Shown one piece after another: positions 12,625 through 22,897 of a stretch of 64,000 nt of DNA. The notes below the pieces were generated by a model. It was not told the DNA's origin. It did no database searches and saw only the letters and a program-made list of their open reading frames with translations. Every line of letters begins with the position of its first letter. The stretch's first letter is position 1. Both the position numbers and the translations under genes were made by a program. This DNA comes from Emiliania huxleyi CCMP1516 (Eukaryota): assembly GCF_000372725.1 (NCBI RefSeq), contig NW_005201792.1, forward strand, positions 933,440 through 997,439. The letters are read 5' to 3'.

Positions 12625-12906
12625 CCACCCCCCTCCCTCCCCGTCCCGCGGCCCTGCGCGCGGTGGGGCGGGCTCCCAGCTCCCCGCACCGCGCTCCACC
12701 GACGTCGAGCACGTGCGCTCCAGCGCTCTCCAGACTCCACAGCGCGCGCGCCGCCGCGCCCCGGCACGGGATCGGCGCCAGATTGTGTCACATCAATCAG
12801 GAAAGCATATCCGGCGTGGTTTCCGAAACGCATGGGCCATGGAGCGGAAGTGCGACCCCAATTTTGCGGTGGCTCGGATCGAAACTGGGCCAACACCAAT
12901 GCCCTT

Positions 12907-14142
12907 TCAGCCGCCGCTGGCCGCCCCTGCGGGCGTGGGCACTTCTTGGACGCGCGCCACGAGCACGGCGTACTCGGCCACGAGGGCCTGGTAGAGCTGC
13001 TCGAGCTCGGCCTTGCGCGCCGCGCCGTCGAGGGCGCCCAGTGTCTCCTCGTGCTTCTTGTTGAGCCTCCGCTTGACGCACAGCCGGAAGGGCTTGGCCG
13101 TCGCCTCTGCCTCTGGCCCCTCCTTCCCGGCCAGCTTGCGCTGCAGCAGCGAGTAGCAGCCAACCTCATGGCAGCGCGAGATCTGCTCGTCGGTGATGCG
13201 AAGCGCCGTTCGCGCCGCGGCGCGCGCCTCATCGGCGAGCGGCTGCGACTCGCACCCCTCCGTGGGCTGCAGCAGCCCGAGCCGCCGGCAGTTGCGCAGG
13301 TCGACCAGGTCGCGCAGCATCCGGAAGCCTGCGGAAGGGTCCTCGACGGTCACCTCGACCGCGCCCTGTGTGGCAGCGTGGTCGTAGAGAAGTTGTAGCA
13401 GCGCCGAGCCGTGCCCTTGCCGCTGGTGCGTCGGCGCGACCATTACCTGGCAAACCTTGAGCACCGTGCGGATGCCGCCCGCGACAAAGCGCGAAAAGAC
13501 CATCGCCGTCGCCGCCGCGGTGAAGCGGCGGGGCGCGCCCTCCCGCGCCTCTTCGAAGATGGTGAGCAGCCGCCAGCGGTCGTCGGTGTGGTCGATGGGC
13601 GAGTGCGCGTCGATGTAGAAGCGCATGAGCGACTGCAGGTTCTCGTTGAACCGCCGCGCCTCCTCCTCGCCAAAGCTGCAGAGGCGCGCCTCAAACTGGG
13701 CGCCGCCGCGCTCGTACGTTGCGAGGACCTCGCCTCCGAGCCGGACCTCCGGCGCGTCGAGCAGCGCCTCCGCGGACGCGCCCGCCTGTGGCAGCTGCTC
13801 GACGAGCGAAAACATCGCGTCCTCAATGGAACCCTCCATAGGTCGGTCGCAGCGCGGGAACGGGACCAGCGTGTGCGCCGCGTAGAGCACCTCGATCGTC
13901 AGCGGCCGCTGGCTCACGGGCAGCGCGAGCGCTTCGTTGGCGAAGTGCTGGTGCAAAAACGGCGGCGTAAAGGCCGGCGCCTCTGCGTCGGTCAGCACGT
14001 CGGACGCCGACGCGACAAAGCGAAGCTTGACGACGTCTCTTGCCGCAACGTAGGAGTCAGGGTCGCGCTCCCACGGCGGATCTTCAGGAGGCTGCTCGTC
14101 GGCAGGCGGCTGCTGCTCGGCCTCGTCGCGCGCTCTCTTCAT
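12907..14142 (-). CDS. HAT1: Histone acetyltransferase type B catalytic subunit
   Basis: FTPPFLHQHF, MRFYIDAHSPID..RW, CQVMVAPTHQRQGHGSALL, EVTVEDPSAGF..LRD..D, FRLCVKRRL. Single 411-aa ORF. Confidence 0.92.
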   Translation of the reverse strand: MKRARDEAEQQPPADEQPPEDPPWERDPDSYVAARDVVKLRFVASASDVLTDAEAPAFTPPFLHQHFANEALALPVSQRPLTIEVLYAAHTLVPFPRCDRPMEGSIEDAMFSLVEQLPQAGASAEALLDAPEVRLGGEVLATYERGGAQFEARLCSFGEEEARRFNENLQSLMRFYIDAHSPIDHTDDRWRLLTIFEEAREGAPRRFTAAATAMVFSRFVAGGIRTVLKVCQVMVAPTHQRQGHGSALLQLLYDHAATQGAVEVTVEDPSAGFRMLRDLVDLRNCRRLGLLQPTEGCESQPLADEARAAARTALRITDEQISRCHEVGCYSLLQRKLAGKEGPEAEATAKPFRLCVKRRLNKKHEETLGALDGAARKAELEQLYQALVAEYAVLVARVQEVPTPAGAASGG

Positions 14143-15615
14143 TGGTCACAAGTACGCACGGGCCCTCAGCAGAGCTGGGAATAGGACCGCCGCAAGCGGC
14201 GTGGGGCGTTGCCGCATCCCTCGGGGGGCCCCTCTGCGCCGGGGAGGCGTTGTTGGGGGCTAGGACGCAAGCGTCCGTCGCCCTTTTCAAACTCGGGGCC
14301 CACTCCGCTACGCTCCGACCCGAATTTGGAGGGCCTAAAAGTTTAAGGTGTTGCTGCGCAAAAAGGGGTCGGACACCGGGCGCAGCTCATGCTAAGAGCT
14401 AGAAGAGGAGATAGAGAGAACAACCACCCTGTCCCGTTATTGCGTACACCAACACCACAAAACGCTCTCTCTCTCCTGTCCTCACTCAGGGGGGTCACAA
14501 CTACCAAGTCCCTCGACTAGCTGCCACAGGGCGCAGCTGCCACAGGGCGCAGCTGGAGACGCTCCCCCTCAATCGGCATCCACCCCCACCCGCTCCAGCC
14601 CCACTTCTGCTGCCGAGAGAGCTGAATCGAAGCAAGCGAGCCATTGCATCTTGGCGTGCTCCTGGAGCGCGGCTTTCTGCGGCCACGAGCACGGCGGAGT
14701 CGGCGTCGTAGCGCGCATCGTTCCCGCTCATCGCCCATTCCTCCCACGTGACGTGTGTCGGCCGCGATTCGATGTCGCCACCTTCATTGCCAACGAGGAC
14801 TCCCTCGACTGCAGGGGGGCTCCGGCGCGGGGAGGGACTCCGCCTGCTGCGCTGGCCGACTGCGCCCTCCTCCTCCATGGGATCGATCCGAATCCGCAGC
14901 GTATCGTCCCCAGCGGCGGTGCTGCGCGGGAGGCGGCCGCGGGCACGCTGGGCTCGATCAGCTTTCCCTANNNNNNNNNNNNNNNNNNNNNNNNNNNNNN
15001 NNNNNNNNNNNNNNNNNNNNNNNNNNNNNNNNNNNNNNNNNNNNNNNNNNNNNNNNNNNNNNNNNNNNNNCAGTGTCTAATGTTGCTTCTCAATCTCCCC
15101 AGCTGCCTGCTCATGAGCAGGCAGCACAAGCAGCCACACAAGTCAGCTTTGGGAGCTCTCGGCGACGCCCAATGCGTGCGCCGGTAGGGGGGAGTGTGTG
15201 CGCGCGTGTGTGAGCTGTGGATTGTGGCAGGCTGCTGCTGCTGATGGGAAGTGTGCTCTGTGTGTGGCGCTGCGCTGGCGTGTGACGCGCGCGTGCTGTG
15301 CGCGTGTGCGTGTTGGATGCGCGTGCGCGTCTGCGTGTGCTGCGCGCGCGCGCCGCCGGTGTGTGCTGTGTGCTGTACTCTGTTGTGCGCCTGTTTGTGC
15401 GCTGGGAGGCGCAGGCTTGTCTGGCAGGGCTGCGCGGCGGGCTGCGGCGTGCTGTGGGTGGTCGCGCGCCTGCCTGTTGGTGTGCGGCGGCCGCTCAGCC
15501 CGCCCGACCGGGTCGTCGGCGGCCCAGGGCGCGGGCATGCGGTCTGCGCTGCATGTGAGGCTGTGTGCGCGGCTGGCGCGTATGTTTCCGTGCGGCGAGG
15601 GACGCGCGTATGTGT

Positions 15616-16790
15616 TCACGCTGCGGGCGCGGGCGGGCGCGGAGGGCGGCGCGGTCTCACCGCGGTCCGACGCCCGTTGGTCTTCTGCGTGACGAGGGTG
15701 GGCGCGCAAAGAGGCCTTGCCGCCATCGCGCCGCGAAGGAAAAAGAATCTTTCAGCGCAGCTGCCACTCAGTACGTGCGCCAACGACGCCTGTGGCGGCT
15801 CACTGTCTTCTTGTGTCCAGTCGTCCCAGTCTCTCCGTTCTCCGATTCTCCTCCTTGCCTCACGCGCCTCTTTTGCGGCCGCATCCCTAGCCGCCTTGCA
15901 CGCTCTGCATCCCCAAAACGCACTCCTCGTGGCGGGGCCCCTCATTCCCCGTTTCTTTCCCCCCTCTAGAATGCGCCTGTGGTGTGCACCGTGTGGCACC
16001 CCGACCTGTTGTCTCACCCTGGCTCCCAGGATCGTTTTGGTCGTCACATTGTGACCCCCGACGTCGTCAAATGTCGCTCGTCTGTCCTTCCCCCACTTCC
16101 CCCATCTGGCAATCTCATCTTATTGTCCCATGGGTGTTTGAGGCTGGCTACGGCCACTTCCCTTCGCTCCACAGCCGTCCCGCCATCCCTGCTGTGTGCG
16201 ATCCCGGCCTCACCGTCTTTCGAAGTTGTTCGCAACCCACTCGTGTGCGCTCTCTGGCGTATGTGGTATGTGCCCGTATGTCCGTCGGTCCACTATCTCC
16301 CTCTTCTCCGTGTCCTCTGCCGGTCTGCCGCCTCCCTTCTCACTGTGTACATGCACGGCCGAGTTCGTACCGCGTCCCGAATCACCTTCGAGGCGTCCTC
16401 CGTGTCGTTATTTCCCAGGTATGCTGTCGCCACCGCGTCGGCGTATGCGTTGCAGGCTATTCCCACGTGCGATGGCACCCACACGAAGACCACCGCCTCT
16501 AGCTGCGATCTATAGTGAGCAATCGCCTCTAGGAGACCGCCTCTCTCCCAGTCCCTCAGACCTTCTGGCATCCCTTTGCGGTGCGCATTCTCAATCTGCT
16601 CGTGTCGAAGATTTTGCTGAGCCCGTGGTGATGGCTTCGCTGAGCGTCCGTACGCCCATCTTGAGAGAAGCGAGATCAGAGAAACAAGGCGCGCAGCGGC
16701 TGGCCTGATCAGTGAGCGGGCGAGCTCCTCAAAAGCCAGGGCGGGCGATTTCTTTTCCCAGGCATAGCGTCGCACAGCTGGCGTCGCAGC
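15616..16790 (-). pseudogene. Retroelement relic with RNase H C-terminal motif
   Basis: VVFVWVPSHVGIACNAYADAVA matches the WVPSHxGIxGNExAD RNase H motif. The surrounding frames are broken. Confidence 0.7.
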
Positions 16791-16821
16791 GTTTACAGAT
16801 GAGCTAGCCTGCCTGCAGGCG

Positions 16822-19427
16822 ATGAAACGCTCCCACAGTGGAGGAGACGCGCCTGCGGCGCCGCCCAAAAAGGCGATGATTCAGGTACGCCGCGCGCGCG
16901 CATCCCACCAGCCTCGCCACGCCCGCCGGCCGAGTCTCTCCCCTCCTCTGTTTCGGCCAGGCGCAGCAGGGCGCGTCGTCCGCCACGGCCCACGGCAGCA
17001 TGACTGAGAAGCTGCTGAAGAAGCAGAACGCCAACCTCGCGAGCGCCAAGGCCAACCTGCAGCGCGAGCTGGACGACACCGCCGGGCAGTTGCGGCAGCT
17101 GCAGAGCAGGCTCGCGCAGAGAGAGACGGCACTGAGCGTGCTCGACCGGCACTGGGCGCAGCTGGAGCTGCGGCTGGGTGCGGCGAAGCCGCGGCTCGCC
17201 GCGGGTGGAGACGCCTCCTCCTCCGCGGCCCTCCCGAGGCAGACGCTGCTCGAGAGCCTCGACAGCGGCGCGCCCGCAGCTGACCTGGACGACGCAACGC
17301 GCCGGCGGTGCGAGCTGACGGCGGAGCTGGCCGAGGCGGCGGCTTCCGGGAGTGGCGCGGGTGACGCGGCTGCGAGCGTGCCGCCTGAGACCAGCGCGGT
17401 CGTCGCCGAGCTCGCCGTGGCCAAGGACCGAGCGCTGCTGCTGCAGCGCGAGCGCGACGACACCGCTGCGCGGCTCGCGGGCGCACACTCGGAGCTCGAG
17501 CAAAAGACCAAGTCGCTCGAGAAGCTGAACGCGGAGGTGAGTAATCTGAAGGCCGCCGGAGGCGGCGGCGGCGCCTCCGCGGCGGCCGCCCCCGAGGCCG
17601 CCGCCGCGGCGTCGAGTAGCGACGCCGACTCGGCGACGGCGGCGGCGGTCGCCGCCGCCTCGAGCGCCGAGATGGAGAGACTGCGCTCAGAGGCGGAGGC
17701 GGCGAACGAGGAGCGCGCCGCCTTTGAGAAGCTGGCGGAGAGCGCGCGGCGTGAGCTCATCGGCGCGCAGCAGGACGTGCAGCGGCTGCGCGGCGACTTG
17801 GACGAGGCGAGGCGGAGGCCGCCGACCGAGGAGCAGATGCGCGCCATGCCTCAATGGAGGCACATGCTCGAGATCGGGGAGCGCGGCAAGCAGTACATGC
17901 AGGCGAACGAGCGGCTGCGCGCCGACATGGCCGTCCTCCAGCAGAGGCACCTCGCGGAGCTCGCGCGGCTCGAGGATGTCCGCAGCAGGCTTTACGAGGA
18001 GACGCGCGGCGAGGTCGAGAACCTGTCCAAGGCCCTCGCGCAGGCCACGGCCGGACGCGACGCGGCGGCGCACAAGCTGCAGCAGCAGGCGCTCACTCAC
18101 CGCGGCTTCGAGGAGCGGCTCTCCGAGTCGGAGCGCCTGCTCAACCTCTGGCGACAGGAAGCGGTGCGCCGCACACCCCCGCACCCGCGCCTGTCCACGG
18201 AAGCACGCGGCGGCATGCACCAGAGCTGGCTGAGCCTGACTGGCCGCTCGGGGACGCAGGTGCGCCTCAAGAACGAGGCCAGCCGCGAGCGAGCGCGCCT
18301 CGCCGAGCTGAGCGGCGCGCGCGACGGCGCCCTCGCCGAGAAGGAGACGCTGCGGCAGAGGGTGCATGCGCTCGAGCTGCGCCTCTCGCAGGCGCCGGCC
18401 GCTGACCCGACGGCAGCGGAGGCCAAGCACCAGGACGCGCTGGTGCGGCTCGGCGGCGCCGAGGCGGCCGCGCTCCAGTCGAGCGAGGAGCTGTCCAAGC
18501 TGCAGACGGAGAACGACGCGCTCGTCGAGGAGCTCGACTCGATCGCAAAGGCGTTTGACGAGTCGCAGGAGCAGAATGCCAAGCTGCTCAAGACGGCGCG
18601 TGCGGGAGCGGCGTCGGGGAGGGGAGAGGCGAGGCGGCTGGAGACCGCGCGTCACGCCGCCCGTAGGTGGAGCTCAAGGAGGAGGCCGCGACGCGGCTGA
18701 TGCAGGACCGGCTGCGGCATGACCGTTCGACCAGCCTGCTGACGGCAGAGCTCGAGGCGCTGCGCGAGCGGACCGCTGCGGCGGAGCGGCTGGTCGAGCG
18801 CGACGCGGAGCACAAGGCGGCGCTCGAGAAGGAGCTGCGGACGGCGCGGGACACGGCCTCCAAGCAGGAGGAGGCGCAGCGGCACGCGGCGGCGTCGCTC
18901 GATCGCGCGCAGGCGCAGGCGCTCGAGGCGTCGCGCGAGGCGCAGCAGGCGAGCGCCGCGCTGCAGGCCGAGGCGGACCGTGCGCGGCGCGCGGGCGAGC
19001 GGGAGCGGCAGAGCGCGGGCGACGCCGCGGAGGCGCGAGTGGGTGGCGGGGCGGGTACAGCGGCTGGCCGGCGGCCTCTGAGCGCCGCGGGCGGTGAGCG
19101 TCGTAGGCGCAGAAGAAGGCCAAGGAGGCGGAGCAGGTGCGGGACACGCTCGAGCGCAAGCTGAAGCGGCTCGAGCGGAGCGGCGCTGGCGCGGCGGCCG
19201 AGCCGCGCGGCGGCAGCAACGAGCAGTTGGACTACTACCGCTCGATGGTCAAGTGCCCGCTCTGCAAGAACAGCAACAAGGACACCGTCATCACAAAGTG
19301 CGGCCACGCGTTTTGCCGCGACTGCATCGACTCGCGCCTCAGCTTGCGCGAGCGAAAGTGCCCGGGCTGCTCGCAAGTCTTTGACAAGTCGTACGTCAAA
19401 GACTTGTGGCTCGAGTACGGTGCCTGA
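16822..19427 (+). CDS. BRE1: BRE1/HUB-type RING E3 ligase (H2B monoubiquitination), about 5 exons
   Basis: Long coiled coil, ELDSIAKAFDESQEQNAKLL, and a C-terminal C3HC4 RING (CPLC..KDTVITKCGHAFCRDCI..RERKCPGC). Confidence 0.9.
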
Positions 19428-19834
19428 TGAGGTGGCGATCTGACGGGGCGCGCGAGGTTTCGGACTCAACCCGCGCTGGTCGTGCGGGAATCGAAAAGCG
19501 GAGACTCAAAGACTGAATGAGAGTAAAGCGACACGGTCACGGATGAACGGTGGCGTGTGGGCCCGTTATCCATTTTCCCACGGTTTTATTGTAGCTCGCA
19601 GTCGAGCACCGGACACAATCATGCGCTCCACACATAGATCATTGTGATTAGTGTGTCACGCTTTTAGCGGACAGCGCGAACACCCGCCGACGGGGGTGTC
19701 TCTTGCGGGACGCGGGAGAGGGGCCCGTCAAACGCCCGTTTCACCGCGGACGCCGGACGGGGACGGTCAAACCCACAACAATGGTTGCTGTCGAGGGTCA
19801 CGCGCTTTGGCGGGCGAGGACGAAGCGGCTTGGG

Positions 19835-20746
19835 CTACGCCTTCGCCTTGTCCTCTGTCGCGGACTCGCCAGCCTCCGCCTCTGCCGCCTCCTCGGCCGC
19901 CTCCCCCTCCTCTGGTGCTGCCTCGGCATCGACCGTCTGAAGCGCCGCCGCCACGTCCGCCTGCAGCAGCTCGAGGGCGCGGCCCGGCTTCGGCGAGCAA
20001 ACCATCCTCCCGCCGCCCGCCGCGACCGCGGTCGAGCCCGCCTCTTCCGCAAGGCGCAGCGCCTCGGCGGCATCGGCAGCCCTCCCAGCGGCGAGAAGCG
20101 CGCGCCCCACGGCGAGAAACACGTCCGGCTTGAGCGGGGCGCGGTCCTCGACCGCTTGCTGCAGCGCCGAGAGCGCGAGCGAGGGGTCGGGCGCGCCCGC
20201 CGCGAGTCGGCGGAGCGCGAGCCGCTGCACGCCGCCCGGCGCTGGGGCGAACGGCTCCAGCACGGACGGCAGCAGCCGCGACAGCGCTGCGAGCTGCTCC
20301 CACGCTCCGTCGTCAGCGAGAGCGCGCACGGCCGCCGCGAGCGGCTTTGGCTGCTCGAGGAAAAGTTGAAGTCGCCGCCGCCGCTGCAGCACATCGAGAA
20401 GGGCGTCCCAGCTGCGCGTGCGGCAGAGCGCGGCGATCAGACCGACCTGCTGCCACCGCCGGATAGAGACCTGCGCGTCCACGTACGCCGAGAACGCCTC
20501 AACCAGCCTGTCCGCCTCGGCTCGCTCCTCCGTTGCGAGGATGATCTGGTTGAGCCACTTGCGCGGCGGCCGCCGCCAGCGATCGCCCCGATTGCTCGTG
20601 CGGAACCGCTCCGCAATCTTGTCGGCCACCGCCGGTGCGCTGACCTTTGGCGCGGCAACCGCCGCCGCTGCCGGTGCCGGTGCCGGCGCCGCTACCGCGC
20701 AGAGCGCGCGAGACGAGCGGAGCGCGAGGCCACGTCCGCGGAGCAT
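19835..20746 (-). CDS. Hypothetical helical-repeat (PPR/TPR-like) protein, probably mitochondrial
   Basis: Arg/Ala-rich presequence MLRGRGLALRSSRALCA, helical repeats (LIAALCRTRSWDALLDVL) and an acidic tail. Confidence 0.55.
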   Translation of the reverse strand: MLRGRGLALRSSRALCAVAAPAPAPAAAAVAAPKVSAPAVADKIAERFRTSNRGDRWRRPPRKWLNQIILATEERAEADRLVEAFSAYVDAQVSIRRWQQVGLIAALCRTRSWDALLDVLQRRRRLQLFLEQPKPLAAAVRALADDGAWEQLAALSRLLPSVLEPFAPAPGGVQRLALRRLAAGAPDPSLALSALQQAVEDRAPLKPDVFLAVGRALLAAGRAADAAEALRLAEEAGSTAVAAGGGRMVCSPKPGRALELLQADVAAALQTVDAEAAPEEGEAAEEAAEAEAGESATEDKAKA

Positions 20747-21023
20747 TGTCCACAGAGTGGTCCCGGCGCCTGTGTCGCGCGCGGCCGCAAGCCTCTTCAC
20801 ACGCAACTTCCTTTCTTTCCCCCCCCCGCCCGAAACACTCACGCAATAACGAGCGACCGAGTACATGCGCCAGCCCGCCACCCACAAACGCGAACGTACA
20901 CCCGAGGGCACTCTTCCCCACACCACGCGAGTGATTTGCCGATTTCTGCAGATCCCTGCAGCCGGTTCCTGCAGCCGCCGCACGCCCACCAGCAAGACGA
21001 CATGTCCCGCCGCCCCGCGCCTC

Positions 21024-22357
21024 CTAACTTGATGGCGGCGACGCGCGGGCGGCCTCGGAGCGCACCGACTCCGAGAAGTCCTCCGGGGAGTCAACGTCGC
21101 AGCGGTGGTGCAGGTTGTCGCTCAGCGACGGCCCCGACGGAAAAGGAGGCAAGTCGCTCTCCTCCTTTGCGTTGAGGAGCCCGGACCGCTCCGGCCCGTC
21201 GGAGCGGAGCGGCGCCTGCTGGTAGAGCGCGCCTCCGGCGAGGCAGACGAGGAGCGACGCGATGCCTGCGGCGGATGCGTGCTGGTCCCACATCAGCGTG
21301 TTGACGAGCACTGTGAGCATCTTGTTGAGCACTCCTGCGGCGGGGCGGGGAGGGAGGCGGCGGGGCGGCGGAGGGAGGGGTGAGGCGCGGGGGGGCGGGG
21401 CGGGGAGGGGCGTCGCCCGCGGCCGCATCGGGCGCGCCGATGATGGTGTAGCTCGTCGCCGAGATGAGCGACTGGCACTTGAAGCCGGCGTATGAGATGC
21501 CTATCAATCGGAGTACTTTCCATATGCCCGCGGCGCGGGCCGTCGTCCGGGCTGGGAGGGGCCGGCTGAAGCGGCTGGGCGCGGGTCGTGCTCGTCGCGT
21601 CGGGCCGGGCGCGGGCGTGGGGCCGGCCGTGCTGCTGGGAGCCCAGACAGGGGAGGGGCGCACCGAGCCCCACCACACACGAGGCGGCTAGCCACAGCAG
21701 TCCGCGCGTCGTCCACTCGACAGCTTGCAGCTTGTCAACCTCGCCGCCGAGGAGGCCGAAGAGGAGGGTGGGGAGCATCGAGAGGGTGTTGTTGTACTGC
21801 ACCGCCGTCCAGCTCGACACGCCGAGCCCCGACACGAGGTACTTTCCGTACGTCAGGTTGAAGATCAGAAAGCAGAGCCAGACGACGACCCAAACGTAGG
21901 CGCGCAGCCCGCTCACCGCAAAGGACTTGTCGTTGAGGACGTACGAGAGGGCGCCCGCCACGATGATGCCCATCGCGAGGCACGAGCGCAAGGAGGGCAA
22001 GTCCCGCCCGTGGAACACATAGTCAAACACGGCCACGGCGAGCGGCGCGATGGTGCGAAAGACGATCACCGTCTCGACGTTGGTCGTCATCAGCACCCGC
22101 ATGTTGGTCCACGTGCCGGCTGCGAAGCCGAAGACGTAGATGGAAAAGTGCATCAGCTTTCGAGAGTCAAAGCTGTCCACCTCGATAAAGTTGGCCATGT
22201 GCGCCACCTTGACTGCCAACGCCGTGGCCGCGAATTGCGCAAAGGTGACAAAGGCGGGCGCGCGGATGTGGGCGACGGCGAGCTTGTTGACGATGAGCAT
22301 GGACGACGAGCACGCACAGTAGAGGCCCACAGCCATCACAGTGCTGGAGGGCTTCAT
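21024..22357 (-). CDS. GONST-like GDP-sugar nucleotide-sugar transporter, at least 3 exons
   Basis: YCACSSSMLIVNK, NVETVIVFR, YNNTLS, ISATSYTII|GVLNK and multiple TM helices. Confidence 0.85.
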
Positions 22358-22897
22358 GGTGTCAAGTTGAACGACCTGCACGTCTCTCCCTCCTCCTCCT
22401 GACTGAGGCACGACGCCGTAAGTTACGCCAGAGTTTCTTTTCGCACGACGACTCGGAGCGGGCGGGACAAGCGCACTGGCACTAACACAGGTACACTAAG
22501 AATTGAAACACGCACAGGCGCGGAGGGGGCGGGGTGCGCGCTGTCTCTATTTCTGCGCGTATAACTTCTTCTTTTTTTCTTATATTTACGAAGAAGAAGA
22601 GAGCCACATTTCTTGTTGGCTTCTAAAAAAAACAGGGTTTTACGATCGGTGTAAAATGGAGCTAAAAAAATGAGAGCTCTGTGTCTTCCTTTGCCAACAA
22701 CATACCTACAACTAAAAAAAGCGCGCGTATCGCGTCATTGCGAGCGACAGCGCCAGGAGGCCAGCGCGGGCACCACAGGACGTATTTTCTTCTCAATAAC
22801 AAGGCTGTGAATGCACAAAAAACATTCAGTTTCGCCCTTGGCGAGCGAGCCGCCTCGCGGCCGACACTTCACGTCTGGCCACCCGCGTAACGATGCA

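Noticed and set aside
15181..15700. Cys-rich protein
   Set aside because: Translation of a low-complexity TG/CG tract next to a gap.
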